A stretch of DNA of 64,000 nt, taken from the NCBI GenBank assembly GCA_951406725.2, contig OX597824.1:78182001-78246000 (forward strand), written 5' to 3'. The notes under the pieces are model-generated. The model was not told where the DNA came from. It searched no databases and was given only the letters and a program-made list of their open reading frames with translations. The stretch's first letter is position 1, and every line of letters begins with the position of its first letter. This DNA comes from Octopus vulgaris (taxonomy: Eukaryota). Below are positions 13,550-27,878 of this stretch, piece by piece. Position numbers and translations under genes: made by a program.

Positions 13550-13860
13550 TATAGATAGATAGATAGTTAGATATAGATACATATATGTATATATGTATGT
13601 ATGTATGTATGTGTATATATTTGTGCGTCTGTTTTTGTTCACCCACCCCCTACATCATACATACACATATATATACATACATACATACATACGTACATAC
13701 ACTTATAGTTATTTTCGCTACGTTCGTTGGCGACTAATAATATATTTCTAAAAACGTCTAACAATCACTTTTTCGTTTTTCACTCTTTTTCTATTATCTT
13801 TACGTTTATCTATCCTTCCCCACGTCTCTTTCTACATATGTACATAGACATATATGTATG

Positions 13861-13899
<39 letters not shown>

Positions 13900-14132
13900 C
13901 ACACACACACATATATATATATACATATACATACATATATACATACATACATACATGCATGCATACATACATGCATGCATACATACGTGCATACATATAA
14001 AATAAGCATATATATATGTGTCTGTACATATATACATAGGCACAGACATATAGTTATAGATATATGTATATACATACACACATGCGCACACACGCACACA
14101 CACATGCACGCATCGCGCGCACATACGCGCGA

Positions 14133-14213
<81 letters not shown>

Positions 14214-14515
14214 GTCAGACAACCAGACAGAGCACAAGTGAGGATGAGATAGATGTAGGAAATTATTAAACATAGTTAGGAAGAAAAATTTATCGTCGTC
14301 AACGAATATACAAACTCTACTGCAGTCTCAAGAACAAAAGAAAAGTTAGTGTCTCCGACGTAATATTTGCGAGGAATACTTCAAACAATGCACAGACAAG
14401 AAATCGCCAAAAAGCATAGAATCATAGCATATTCTAATAATGTTCTATATACCGAAACTGTATTTCCATTCATTTAATGGCCTTCTCTTTATTCTTACTG
14501 TGTGGGCATAAAATA

Positions 14516-14681
14516 TACGAGGTGTATTCAAAAGCTATCCGATTATAACCTTTTCCCGCCAAAATTAATGCCACACCAGCAAAATTCTTTCGGTGAGAGA
14601 TGATTCTTGCGAATGCGGGAAAATTTTCGCATTAGTTTTGGCGAGGAATATAAAGTTGAATATTTGTTAAACGCACCTTTA
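14516..14681. mobile_element. short mariner-like MITE
   Basis: TA-CGAGGTGTATTCAAAA...CGCCAAAATTAATG and CATTAGTTTTGGCG...ACGCACCTT-TA form imperfect TIRs. Confidence 0.55.
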
Positions 14682-14826
14682 ACATTATTTAAGAAATCAA
14701 AAGCTGTCACAAACAACAATATACAAATTTAGCTATCCATAACTGACATTGCTTAATTTCTGATTGCTTAATATAGTATATCTTTATATATATATATATA
14801 TCAGTGGTTTATATATTTATATATAT

Positions 14827-15196
14827 CAGTGGTTAGGGCAGCGGACTCGCGGTCATAGGATCGCGGTTTCGATTCCCAGACCGGGCGTTGTGAGTGTTTA
14901 TTGAGCGAAAACACCTAAAAGCTCCACGAGGCTCCGGCAGGGGATGGTGGCGGCCCCTGCTGTACTCTTTCACCACAACTTTCTCTCACTCTTACTTCCT
15001 GTTTCTGTTGTACCTGTATTTCAAAGGGCCGGCCATGTCACTCTCTGTGTCACGCTGAATATCCCCGAGAACTAAGTTAAGGGTGCACGTGTCTGTGGAG
15101 TGCTCAGCCACTTACACGTTAATTTCACGAGCAGGCTGTTCCGTTGATTCGGATCAACCGGAACCCTCGTCGTCGTAACCGACGGAGTGCTTCCAT
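14827..15196 (+). mobile_element. SINE family A
   Basis: Near identical to 3360-3743 but missing the first ~15 nt. Confidence 0.9.
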
Positions 15197-15629
15197 CCAT
15201 ATCTTTACTGTGTATGAACGATTCGGAAACGAAATCCGACACACATTTCTGAAGACTGGTCAACGAGCTTAAAAGCTAGTCGTCAGGAACATCTATTTTC
15301 CTGCACATTGATGGCTCATGAGGAAAAATTTTATATTTTTATAATTCCATCTCACGACCACACACACACACAGACATACACAATCACACAAACACACAGA
15401 CATATATATTTGTAGATTTGTATACAAATGGGTCTGTAATCCTATTTTACCTCTACCTGCCAAACGTTTATAAATATTTTTCCGTCTAGCTATATAAACT
15501 GTAGTCACTTATGTGTGTATGTGTATGTGACACACAGAATGTCGCATGTATTTGAGTGTGTGTGTAAACATGGTTATGGATTTGATGTCTATAATTTATA
15601 GTATGATCTACATCGATTTAGTCATCTTT

Positions 15630-15940
15630 GAGCTTCCGATCGTGAGGTTGTGAGCTCGAATCCCGGACCGGGCTGCGTGTTGTGTTCTTGAGCAAGGCAC
15701 TTTATTTCACGTTGCTCCAGTTCACTCAGCTGTAGAAATGAGTTGCGACGTCACTGGTGCCAAGCTGTATCGACCTTTGTCTTTCCCTAGGATAACACTG
15801 GTGGCGTGGAGAGGGGAGGCTGGTATGCATGGGCGACTGCTGGTCATCCATAAACAACCTTGCCCGGACTTGTGTCTAGGAGGGTAACTTTCTAGGTGCA
15901 ATCCCATGGTCATTCATGACCGAAGGGGGTCTTTAACCCT
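15630..15940 (+). mobile_element. SINE family C (tRNA-like head plus CORE-like domain)
   Basis: B-box-like GAGCTCGAATCC followed by GTGTTCTTGAGCAAGGCACTT. Confidence 0.7.
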
Positions 15941-16008
15941 TACTTTCCCTCTACTACTGCTTGTTAATTTCACCTCTTCTCTATTGGCTTCTAACATTCA
16001 CTCTCTCG

Positions 16009-16427
16009 AAGGCGACAAGTTAGCAGAAACGTTAGCACGCCGGGCGAAGTGCTTAGCAGTATTTCGTCTGCCGTTACGTTCTGAGTTCAAATTCTACCGA
16101 GGTCGACTTTGCCTTTCATCCTTTCGGGGTCGATTAAATAAGTACCAGTTACGCGCTGGGTACGATATAATCGATTTAATCCGTGTATCTGTCCTTGTTT
16201 GTCCCCTCTATATTTAGCCCCTTGTGGGTAATAAAGAAACAGGTATTTCGTCTGCGGTTACGTTCTGAGTTCAAATTACACCGAGGTCGACTTTGCCTTT
16301 CATCCTTTCGGAGTTGAATAAATAAGTACCAGTTACGCACTGGGGTCGATATAATCGACTTAATCCGTTTGTCTGTCCTTGTTTGTCCCCTCTATGTTTA
16401 GCTCCTTGTAGACAATAAAGAAATAAG
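16009..16427 (+). mobile_element. SINE family D, full copy plus a headless tandem unit
   Basis: Head AAGGCG...GCAGAAACGTTAGC, B-box GAGTTCAAATTC, body GCCTTTCATCCTTTCGGGGTCGAT; the second unit starts at GGTATTTCGTCTG (16242). Confidence 0.88.
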
Positions 16428-16745
16428 AAATCACTTACAAAATATTGAAGTTTTTAAAGAGTAAAATTTGAAATATTTGGTGTAGGTGAGTGAAATGTAC
16501 ATTTGAAAGATTAGTGTCAACGCGAGTTCAGTAACCGAAACTTTAAATTTGTATGGAAATGTTATTGTAAAAGCTGCTTCGAACTAAATCTTGTGTGGAA
16601 AAAAAATCTTTTGTCATTGCAAGCGTATGTCACTGGTGTGTATGTTACGGTTGTGTATATGTGTATGTGTGTGTGTGCGTGGGTGGGTGTAAGTATACTC
16701 GCTTACACACTCTCATATGTATGCTTATGCTTACACAAGGACTCC

Positions 16746-16806
<61 letters not shown>

Positions 16807-18199
16807 GTATACATGTATATATATATATATACATATATATATATGTGTGTGTGTGGATACACGTATATCCTTACACATACGTGTATATATGTTTATATTA
16901 TATACAAAATGTGTCTGTGTTGTGTGCGTGTGTGCGTGTGTGCGTATGCATCTGTGTCTGTGAGTGTATTAACAGACACCGATTTCACACGAAGTTTAGC
17001 ACTTAAAAGATTTACCAATATTTCTGTAGGCGATTTTGATTATCTCAATACAAGAATGTTGTGATTAGCGTCAATAATGCCAATTTGTGCCAATTTTACG
17101 TTAGAATAATTGAAAACAATATCAAGAGCCAATATTTGAAGAACCGATTTTTTTTAAAGTTCTCAGACCTGAACATTTTTGAGCACAACAGTAATGCCTT
17201 TTAGTAACTTGGAATCGGGTTACAAATCACACCCGAGCATTTGTGGAGACTGAGTGCTTTTGAAAGTAAAGAGAAAGTGAAAATGTCTGTCATTTAATTA
17301 CCTCAGTGTTACTAGGCTGTATTTGATGAAATAAAGCAAGGATGTTTTAATCAATTAAAATGACCTTCATTGCGAATAAAAAATACTCATAAACTAATTC
17401 TTATCAAGAAAAGGGTAGGGGAAGTAACTGCTGGAATTCAGATTAATAAAAATTTATTATAATTAGAATGCAATGGGAAATGCTGTTGCACATACACAAT
17501 ACGGTGAAAATTCTAGTCGTTCCGGCCTTATGAGATTTTATTAATAAAATATATGTTACGTTTCTTGGAATGACTAGTGAAGTATTTAAGTTTTTTATGA
17601 ATGAAATCTGAAAGGGCTGCACAAATGATGCCGCTGAGTACTTCCCACCACAGCATTGCTGTCCCATAGTTGCTTGAATCATCTTTTAGAAATTTTTATA
17701 GGAATTTTTTCAGCAGCCAGCCTACAATTCATTTTCATTGTTTAGCCTCAGGTCAGCTCTGTTTGGGTAAGCAGAGGTACATCTTTCAAATGTGCTCAGT
17801 CTGTAATCACTCCTTTCCTTTTATAAGTATCATATATCCAGGAATGCATAGAGAGTGTGGGGATTTAGCTACTAAAGCTGTTTTCGTATTATGCTTTTTG
17901 TTAAGCCCTTTGCTCACAATAGATCATAGGCCAATGACGACTTCTGTCTACTTTTCACGACTCTAGACTTTCGTCTATCAGGGAAATCCTTCCTATTCCA
18001 AGTCATCTTAGTTTCGAATTGTCATCGATGCACCAGTAACTTAGTTTTTATTTTTTATTTTTTAGGTGATACAAAAAAGGGACAACAAAATATCCAGACA
18101 AAAGATACAAGCAAAACAAAGACGGATCATTTGGAGTTTTCTATCCTCAGTCAAGTTCCATATTATCTTTGCAATTTCGGCTGGTTATACTCAATATAT

Positions 18200-18722
18200 A
18201 TAGTAATGATTACATGCCAACAGAATGTAGCAGTCCTATAAAGGATGATATTACAATGTTACAGTTGTTTAAGCCCCAAGCAAACATTTTTTCCAGCTGA
18301 TTATCGACACACAGTTATTGTTCGTATAGCATTTGCAAGGGAGGTTATCTTTCAGAGATTTCAAACACGTTGTTTTTTTCTCTGTATGAGATCAGCGACT
18401 GTATGTTGCTTAAAAATATATATAGTATTTGGAAGTAGAGAGAGCTTTCGTCACTGGCTTATAGTTGTCTCACACTGAGGACGGATAACTTCCAGGAACT
18501 TAGGTCTGTATCAAGTGAGGCTAGAGTTGGGTGCGATGACCTCCCGTGCAAATGGTATACGGACACAAACTGTGTGTTGATAGCCTCCTGGGAAAGATGT
18601 TTTACGGGGGTTAAAACAACAATAACACTGTCCTTGATAGGATTGCCACATTCTGTTGGCATAGAAACATTACTATCCGGTACCTTTACTCTATATCTCT
18701 TTCTCAAAGATTTAAAACAATT

Positions 18723-18730
<8 letters not shown>
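18200..18730. mobile_element. two diverged, oppositely oriented PLE terminal-repeat copies (same family as 45620-45860 and 46568-46931)
   Basis: TTTAAGCCCCAAG...ATTTGCAAGGGAGG on the plus strand and the inverse CTCCCGTGCAAAT...GGGGTTAAAA. HHR motif at 18471-18510: CACA-CTGAGGA-CGGA..TCCA-GGAAC-TTAG-GTC-TGTA. Confidence 0.65.
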
Positions 18731-18752
<22 letters not shown>

Positions 18753-18754
<2 letters not shown>

Positions 18755-19156
18755 TCTCTTTTACTCTTTTACTTGTTTCAGTCATTTTACTGCGGCCATG
18801 CTAGAGCACCGCCTTTAGTCGAGCAACTCGACCCCGGGACTTATTCTTTGTAAGCCCAGTACTTATTCTATCGGTCTCTTTTGCCGAACCGCTAGGTGTC
18901 GGGGACATAAACACACCAGCATCGGTTGTCAAGCAATGCTAGGGGGACAAACGCAGACACACAAACACACACGCGCACACACATATATACATACATATAC
19001 ACGACAGGCTTCTTTCAGTTTCCGTCTACCAAATCCACTGACAAGGCTTTGGTCGGCCCGAGGCTATAGTAGAAGACACTTGCCCAAGGTGCCACGCAGT
19101 GGGACTGAACCCAGAACCATGTGGTTGGTAAGCAACCTACTTACCACACAGCCACT

Positions 19157-19159
<3 letters not shown>
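18753..19159 (-). mobile_element. SINE family B, full length
   Basis: Reverse complement of 26351-26829. Confidence 0.9.
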
Positions 19160-19202
<43 letters not shown>

Positions 19203-19314
19203 AGTGATATATAGAAATATACGATTAGATATATACAGTATTAATTAATAGTTTAATAAACAGAAAATATACATCGAATATTCATTTTTAATCATTATGC
19301 AATCATATTAAGTT

Positions 19315-19369
<55 letters not shown>

Positions 19370-19920
19370 GGAAGTAATATGTATACGATGGACTTCCAAA
19401 CAGTTCCCCTGGACCAAGTTGATCCACAAATTATTGGTCGTCCTGCAAGTATGGTAGAAGACACTTCCCGAGGATCCTGCGAAGTGGGATTGAACCCCCA
19501 ATTAACGTGGTTAGAAAAAAAATGAATTCACTCAGTAGTAGAAAAAGAGTTCATAAAAGGATGCATATTCGCCGTGTTACACCCAAAACAATTACATATC
19601 TATGAATGTGGACTGAGGAAAATGTAAGAGCATCGTAGAAAATATTCTGCATTATTCGTTTGAGCGCCATACGTTCTAAGTTCATATCCCACTAGGGATT
19701 TTGTAGGCAGTAAGTTTAAATACGTCACCCAATTTACACCACCACCAGGCATAAAGGCTGGATTTAGTAGAGCCGACTCTGTTGCAAGCATTTGGATCCG
19801 GTTTCAGGTTTTCGTTATGGTAATCATCATTACCCTAAGCATTTCTAAAATTTATTACTCAAGTTACGACGTGATAATATTAACCATGGTCTGGTAAGAA
19901 ATAATAGGAGACGTTCTCAC

Positions 19921-20055
19921 AATACTCAAGCATCCTATTTTCTTTTCTAGTCGTTCTAAGAACTTGCATTGACAGGTTATTTCGGTAGCAAGGTCTAATA
20001 AAGCAGAAACATCATTGAGATTTTCTCTCTCTGTCTCATCAGGTTCTTCGAGAAC
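19921..20055 (-). CDS. candidate internal coding exon (phase 0-0, 135 nt)
   Basis: Strong acceptor catttctcttcacag| and donor ATT|gtgaga. Open frame VLEEPDETERENLNDVSALLDLATEITCQCKFLERLEKKIGCLSI has non-repetitive, protein-like composition. Confidence 0.4.
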
Positions 20056-20592
20056 CTGTGAAGAGAAATGAGTATTGCTTTCCTATATGCTGCGTTTAAA
20101 CGAAGCTATATAAACATAAATGTGGAACAAATAACAATGAAAATCTTAATAAAGGAAGAGGGTTGTTGCCATAGACAAGTTGTCTAAGTATTGAGACTTT
20201 ATTGAAATACAAGATACGTCCATGGAAATCAATAAAAATGAAGTCATTACAACATGGTGGGTGTCTTACTGTTAAGGTTTTCACAGATTCAAGAACATTA
20301 CGTCATTCTCATCCAGGTGTTCTGAAATATGCGCTTTCACGAATGCGCACATAATAGATATGTAAGTATGTTTGTATGTAGGTTATATAACAATAATCAT
20401 ACGTGTATGTATACACACACACATATATATACAGACACATACACGCTCATACACATACACACACTAATAGAATACAGATAGAATACAATAAAAGAAAAAA
20501 TAATTTAAAATAAATATTCGGCGATGGAAATGGAACGAAGGTGATAGTAGAAATGAATAAAAATGGAAGTGCGAAGAAGGAACATATATACG

Positions 20593-20667
<75 letters not shown>

Positions 20668-21227
20668 TTGTACACAGACGTGAACATATATATAACGAAT
20701 GCTTATGTATATCTATAAACATATATATATATATATATATAAAGATAAAAAATATTTCATATATTTGTTATATATATAAATATAATATATATATATATAA
20801 ATTATATATATACACACAAGCACACACTCATGCACACACACACACACAGACGCGTATGTGTGGGTGGGTGGGTGTGGGTGGAGGTCCGCGCGTGTGTGTG
20901 AAATTCACAAATTGATCCGTATGTCTTGCGTTGCCTGGTGCACTACAAAATTATCTCTATTTCTCTGAAGAATAATGCCAGACATTTTGGCATCCTTGGC
21001 ACTGCATATGATTCATTAGACGCGAGTTTCTATTTTGAGTGAATGACACAAAAAAGAAGAAAAAATACCACGTCTTTCGGCAGTCTTATAATTTGGCGAA
21101 TATTCTATATCAATACCACAGCACCAAATGAACGACAACTCGGTATTTTGGAAATAATAGAATGAATGGGAATCGAGATTAATAATAATAATAACAACAA
21201 CAACAACAATAAAGGATAATAGTGATT

Positions 21228-21623
21228 TCAAATTTTGGTACAAGGCCAGCAATTTCGGTGGAGCGGGTAAGTCGATTATTATCGACCCCAAAAGGATGAA
21301 AGGTAAAATCGACTGCGTCGGAATTTGAAATCAAAACGTGAAAACGAAAGGAATACCGCTAAGCGTTTTGCCCAGCGTGCTAACGATTCTTATTACTTTA
21401 TTGCCCATAAGGGGCTAAACACAGAGGGGACAAACAAGGACAGACAAAGGAATTAAGTTGGTTATATCGACCCCAGTGCGTAATTAGTACTTATTTAATC
21501 GACCCCGACAGGATGAAAGGCAAAGTCGACCTCGGCGGAATTTGAACTCAGAACGTAGCGGCAGACGAAATAATGCTAAGCATTTCGCCCGGCGTGCGAA
21601 CGATTCTGCCAGCTCGCCGCCTT
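21228..21623 (-). mobile_element. SINE family D tandem pair
   Basis: Two units joined at about 21390. Confidence 0.8.
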
Positions 21624-22795
21624 AGCAATAATAATAATAATAATATTCAGCCAGCAGTTTGTGATGGAAGAGAGAATTCAATTTCACCGACCCCACTAAT
21701 TGACTGAAATTTAATTTTTTAAGTCCTGAAACATGAAAAGCGAATTTGACCTCGGCTGCATTTCAACACAGAATATAAAGACTCGAAATAACGCTATGGA
21801 TTCTTCCGATGCGCTAACGATTCTGCCAGCTTATTGCTTTAATAACTACAGCAGCTATAATAACAATAACAAATAAGTTATTTAATCAATTTATGAATTA
21901 ACAATGACTTCTGATTTTTTACTCTAAGTTTTGAATGTTTGAGAAAAATAAATTCTTTCGATCACAGTATTTGGCTATAATTTCGTCCGGGTCGACTTTG
22001 CCTTTCATCCTTTCGGGGTTGATGAAAATAAGTACCAAATTTCATGTCTTCTGCCTAATTTCAAGCCTTATGCCTAATTGTAGTAGGGATTATTTGACTG
22101 GAACTTTAGTATATCAGTCCCGAAGTGATGAAAGATAAAGTTGAACTCAGCATAGTTCTTAAAATGCTATAAGAAATACCGCAGTATTTTTTCCGATATC
22201 CTAACTTGGCTGGTACTCTACTTAATCAACCCTGGAAAGATGCAAAACAAAATCTGACGCTGGGCTGGAAAAGTTTGAACAGAGAGTGTAATGAGCTGAA
22301 ACAAGACCCACAAGGTATTTTGTTCGTCGCACCAAAGTATAAGCCAGTTCACCACCCATGAATTACAAGAATAAGAACTGTTTTTAACAAAACGAGAAAT
22401 CTGTAGGTCGGTGGTTAGTCGTTTAAATTGTCACCAATACTTTCATGGAATTGTATATAACCCGCAAAAATGCAAGGCAGATGTAACTCCAAGCGGAAAA
22501 AGTTCTATCAATTAATGTTCTTATGATCCTACAACTCCACTGCTCATTTACATAGACATTAGACCATAAATTTGTACATTATATCTACGGCATAATTTGA
22601 TCATCATACATTGCCTAACAACACCGTAGGGGTACGTAAAGAACCTATGCTTCCTATGCAGCCTTCAACGAAAGTAGAAATTTTGACGTCTCAGAAATGT
22701 TCCATAAAACACGCAGATATGCTTTTAGACACATATAAGCAACGTTCAACGTTCTTTTCACTAGATATATTGTTGGAGTGTATATACAATTCTAA

Positions 22796-22857
<62 letters not shown>

Positions 22858-22861
22858 CAGA

Positions 22862-22985
22862 TTGAGATAAAATCCAAGGCTGAGAAAGGTTTCAGAACAT
22901 TTATAAAGAAGTCTTACAGCTGTTTCCGGGATATTTTATATATCCCTCATCGGAGACAGTGTGAGAAAATGGTTAAGCAATAGTT
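22862..22985 (-). mobile_element. single-arm copy of the 47157-47422 family, with a hammerhead at 22911-22957
   Basis: Minus strand: GTCT-CCGATGA-GGGATAT ataaa ATATCCC-G-GAAAC-AGCT-GTA-AGAC; flanked by (TA)n. Confidence 0.75.
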
Positions 22986-23012
22986 ATATATATATAGATA
23001 TATATATATAAG

Positions 23013-23071
<59 letters not shown>

Positions 23072-23155
23072 TTCATAGATGAGAATCAGATATTCTCTGC
23101 GTCGAATGCACCTTGTTGAGATCAAGAGGTTTAAACTTGAGCGAGTACAGGAGTG

Positions 23156-23571
23156 AATATAAGGGTAAGCAAGTTAAGCAGGTCGATATACAAAGAATAT
23201 TTAATACATAGAATACAAAAAAATGTATATGTTTAGATACAAAAAAGTCCGACTTACACAGAATAGAAATCATATCAAGAAATATGAAGGAAAAATATTA
23301 CAAATCCAACGGGTGTTTCTGGGTGGTCCAAAATAATGATTGTAAATTGATTGTTTCGTCGGATGATACCAGCCCCCGTTTTCATGACAGAAATGTTTAC
23401 ATTTGAGGTGTTTACAGTAAGGAGATGAAAACACCTTTAATTCTTGATATCATTTCTGTGTAAGTCGGACACATTTTGTATCTAAACATATATACACTTT
23501 TTGCATTTTTGTATATAATATATTAAACATTCCTTCTATATCTACCCGCCTAAATTGCTTATCCTTACATT
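23156..23571. mobile_element. fold-back element, about 125-bp diverged arms, with a decayed HHR-like centre
   Basis: TGTTTAGATACAAAA..GTCCGACTTACACAGAA versus TTCTGTGTAAGTCGGAC..TTTTGTATCTAAACA. The centre on the minus strand reads ATGAAAACGG...CCGACGAAAC. Confidence 0.7.
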
Positions 23572-23647
23572 AAATCATATATATAGCCTAAGGCCCACCA
23601 ACTCCTTGTTAGTAGATTTGGTCGCTGGAAATGGAAAGGAGCGCGTC

Positions 23648-23704
<57 letters not shown>

Positions 23705-23707
<3 letters not shown>

Positions 23708-23935
23708 GAGCAAAACGCCAGCAAAAAACGGATTTCGACTGATGTACTAGCGCGTACAAATGCACGATCCCACGGTTTATCGATCGCATTCTCACCTGGA
23801 ATCGATTTTTGCAATTTTTTGAAGACTTATACACGCCCTGATACGGTATCTACATATCAGATTTGAGCGCAATCGGATGGAGGATTCCCAAGATCCTAGA
23901 AGACACACAGACAGACAGAACGGATTTTATATTAT
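23705..23935 (+). mobile_element. non-autonomous Helitron/Helentron-like 3' end
   Basis: ...ATTTGAGCGCAATCGGATG...(ACAG)n...TTTTATATAT architecture resembles DINE/HINE-type elements. Confidence 0.5.
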
Positions 23936-24035
23936 ATTATATTATATATATATATATATATATTATATCATATTATATATATTATATTATATTATATTAT
24001 ATTATATTATATTATATTAAATTTTATTATAATAC

Positions 24036-24119
<84 letters not shown>

Positions 24120-24289
24120 TCAAACAATGGATAGAAATGGCTTTTCCGATAATTTTTACATTTTAATAATTAGGTGTTTACACATGGTGTTCTGCTAGGA
24201 GTTTATCGTTTAAGAGTGGTTTTTAAACTGGTATTTTAATGTTTCTGATTTACCGTAGACAGAGTGTTTAATTACAAATATATGCACAC

Positions 24290-24388
24290 ACATACATACA
24301 TACATACATACATACATACATACATACATACATACATACATACATACATACATACATACATACATACATACATACATACATACATACA

Positions 24389-24417
<29 letters not shown>
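24290..24417. repeat. (TACA)n microsatellite
   Basis: Read directly from the sequence. Confidence 0.95.
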
Positions 24418-24419
<2 letters not shown>

Positions 24420-25357
24420 GTATGTATGTATGTATATATGTACATATATGTCATTAATAGAGATAGCAATACCAAAGCTGCAATCATCACTACTACAGCT
24501 GAAGCTGATGCTGCTGTTTATATCATTACAAGTCGCCTGCACTCCGACCATCACAGCTTTTACCCCAACTATTACCATTACGACCACCACCATCCCAGCA
24601 ACAGCTACTACTGTCACATGGATATCAGCCACAATCTCCACAGCCACAATTATTATAAACACAGTTGCTACAAACACTATCATACAGTCCTCTCCACATC
24701 CATGCCCGTTGCCACTATTAGCACTATTTTAATTAAAATCGCAACCAGCCATCACCATCATGAGTATTAATGGTCACTCCCCCATACCTATCACCATCAG
24801 CGGATTACCCCCACCAGCATCAACTACGATGATCACTGACTTGCCACTATACAAAAGTCAGCAACATCATTAGCAGCAGTTGAAGCACAATGGCCCAGTG
24901 GTTAGGGCAGCGGACTCACGGTCGTAAGAACGCGGTTTCGATTCCCGGACCGGGTGGCATTGTGAGTGTTTATTGAGCAGAAACACCGAAGCTCCACGGG
25001 CTCCAGCGGGTTGGGTTGAACCCCGCTGTACTCTTTCATCATAACTTTCTCTCACTCTTTCTTCCTACTTCTGCCACAAAGCAGAGGAACCATGGTGTAA
25101 CCAACTATGGTGTGGTAAACTTTCAGACCCTGGTCTAGATTGCGAATCCTCCGTACTCCAGGATAGTTCAACTCCCCACCCGTTAAAAGCCACGGTTTAC
25201 GGAATGAGGATAACAACCTAGCTTTTGCACCCGTGCAACTGCCAGTCTATCGCGTGTGGTAGGTGGATCTTCAAGCTAACTACACGCATTCTTAGTAGCT
25301 TAGAGTAGGCTCGAATTAGAGATTACTCTTTGTGGCTGATGGCGTGAGTCGTCATTG

Positions 25358-25548
25358 GAAGAAGAAGAAGAAGAAAATGATGATGATGATGATGATGATG
25401 ATGAAGATGAAGAAGATGATGATGATGATGATGATGATGATGAAGAAGAAGAAGATCATGATGATGATGATGATGATGAAGAAGAAGAAGATCAAGAAGA
25501 AGAAGAAGAAGAAGAAGAAGAAGAAGAAGAAGAAGAAGAAGAAGAAGA
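25358..25548. repeat. interleaved (GAA)n/(GAT)n microsatellite
   Basis: Read directly; this is the source of the poly-E/D/K ORFs. Confidence 0.95.
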
Positions 25549-25693
25549 CATCAACAGCAGCACCAGCATGAGCATTCTCATATGCATAAAATAGAACATC
25601 ACCAGTAACAACACCAAGCACAAAAATGACGACATCATCACCACCACCACCACCACCATCAAGAGCAATAACAGTTTCACCAGTAGCACTACC

Positions 25694-25914
25694 TATTTCT
25701 TTATTACCCACAAGGGGCTAAACATAGAGGGGACAAACAAGGACAGACATAGGTATTAAATCGATTACATCGACCCCAGTGCGTAACTGGTACTTAATTT
25801 ATCGATCCCGAAAGGATGAAAGGCAAAGTCGACCTCGGCGGAATTTGAACTCACAACGTAACGGCAGACGAAATGCTAAGCATTTCGCCTGACGTGGTAA
25901 CGTTTCTGCCAGCT
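25694..25914 (-). mobile_element. SINE family D
   Basis: TSD CACCAGTAGCACTACC at 25678-25693 and 25915-25930. Confidence 0.9.
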
Positions 25915-26350
25915 CACCAGTAGCACTACCACCAGCTAACCACCATCATCAGGCGAAACGAATATATCGCCATCACCTCCATCACCACCACGGCCATCAC
26001 CATTACCATCAACATCATCACCACCATTACCACCAAGAGCAATAACAGAATTACCACCAGCTCTTTTACCAGATATCATCAGGCGCAAACAGATATATCA
26101 GGAAAGCCTTCACCACCAAGAATAATTATGTTAGAATCCTCACCGTCACCACCACCACCATCAGCGTCACCATCAACACCACTACCGACACCATGAAAGC
26201 CACTAGTAATAGCAACATTAATAGCATGAAATCATTACAAATGTATCTAATGAATAAAAAAAGATAAAACTACTCATAAAAATAAAATCCGTGGCTCCAG
26301 ATGTCTGGATATAGAAATAATAAACGAAAGTCTACGAAAGAAAATTACAT

Positions 26351-26523
26351 AAGGCGCAGGAGTGGCTGTGTGGTAATTAGCTTGTCTACCAACCACATGG
26401 TTCCGGGTTCAGTCCCACTGCGTGGCACCTTGGGCAAGTGTCTTCTACTATAGCCTCGGGCCGACCAAAGCCTTGTGAGTGGATTTGGTAGATGGAAACT
26501 GAAAGAAGCCCGTCGTATATATG

Positions 26524-26603
<80 letters not shown>

Positions 26604-26829
26604 TGTGTGTGTGTCTGTGTGTCTGTGTTTGTCCCTCTAGCATTGCCTGACAACCGATGCTGGTGTGTTTACGTCCCCATCACTTAGCGGTTCGGCAAAA
26701 AAGAGACCGATAGAATAAGTACTGGGCTTACAAAAAGAATAAGTCCTGGGGTCGAGTTGCTCGATTAAAGGCGGTGCTCCAGCATGGCCGCTGTCAAATG
26801 ACAGAAACAAGTAAAAGAGTAAAAGAGTA
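26351..26829 (+). mobile_element. SINE family B, full-length reference copy
   Basis: tRNA-like head, CORE-like CACCTTGGGCAAGT, internal (TA)(TG)n and (AAAAGAGT)n tail. Confidence 0.92.
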
Positions 26830-27044
26830 AGGATGCGGGAAGATATTTAGCTGCGCGGGAAAATCTTCTCTTCATTACCGTATAATTCATAGGTCGACCG
26901 TCCTGCACAGCATATCGGCGTATTGGGCAAATGTCCACTCCAGCGTTGGCTTGAGTTTGCTAACCAAAAGCATTAGCCAACTCGAGCCAACGCTTGTGAG
27001 CAAAACTTCTTAGATGGATGCTTATACTGTGTGTGTATGTGTGT

Positions 27045-27103
<59 letters not shown>

Positions 27104-27214
27104 TATATTATATTATATTATATTATATTATATTATATATGCATATGTGTGAGTGTTTGTGTGTGTGTGTATGTGTGTATGTATTTAGGTATATACGTAG
27201 GTTGAGTCAGTCTG

Positions 27215-27259
27215 TTGCTACTCTCGAGTTTCACCTGTGTTCACGAGCTCATCAGTCAA
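27215..27259 (-). ncRNA. hammerhead motif abutting a (GAA)n tract
   Basis: TTGA-CTGATGA-GCTCGTGAACACAGGT-GAAAC-TCGAGA-GTA-GCAA; mismatch at the stem I closing pair. Confidence 0.5.
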
Positions 27260-27403
27260 GAAGAAGAAGAAGAAGAAGAAGAAGAAGAAGAAGAAGAAGA
27301 AGAAGAAGAAGAAGAAGAAGAAGAAGAAGAAGAAGAAGAAGAAGAAGAAGAAGAAGAAGAAGAAGAAGAAGAAGAAGAAGAAGAAGAAAAAGAAGAAGAA
27401 GAA
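27259..27403. repeat. long, nearly pure (GAA)n tract
   Basis: Read directly from the sequence. Confidence 0.95.
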
Positions 27404-27808
27404 GACGACGAAAAATTCTCCATAGGGTAGAATTAGCAATTAAAAAATACGGCAAATGAAGAATTATTCTTATATTCAAGAAATCACGAAGTATGATCAT
27501 GCGTTGCGGTGGCTTTGCAATGAAGGGGAATAACTCCGATATTAGGAAATAAACAAAATAAACAGACGATTCTTAGCATCCTCGTTTATATAGGTGATTT
27601 CTGAGTAAACCAGGCTGGACAAAAGTAATGGTAAATATCTGGGCACATTTAATCTTTTCCATGCATCTCGTCTTCACCGTTGATCTGGGATACTGCTGAA
27701 TCAGCACTTTTGCTAAAAGCAACATCTTGGGGTTCGAGAGAGGCAAGTTACATAAATACATATATATATATATATATAATAATAATAACAATAATAATAA
27801 TAATGATG

Positions 27809-27878
<70 letters not shown>

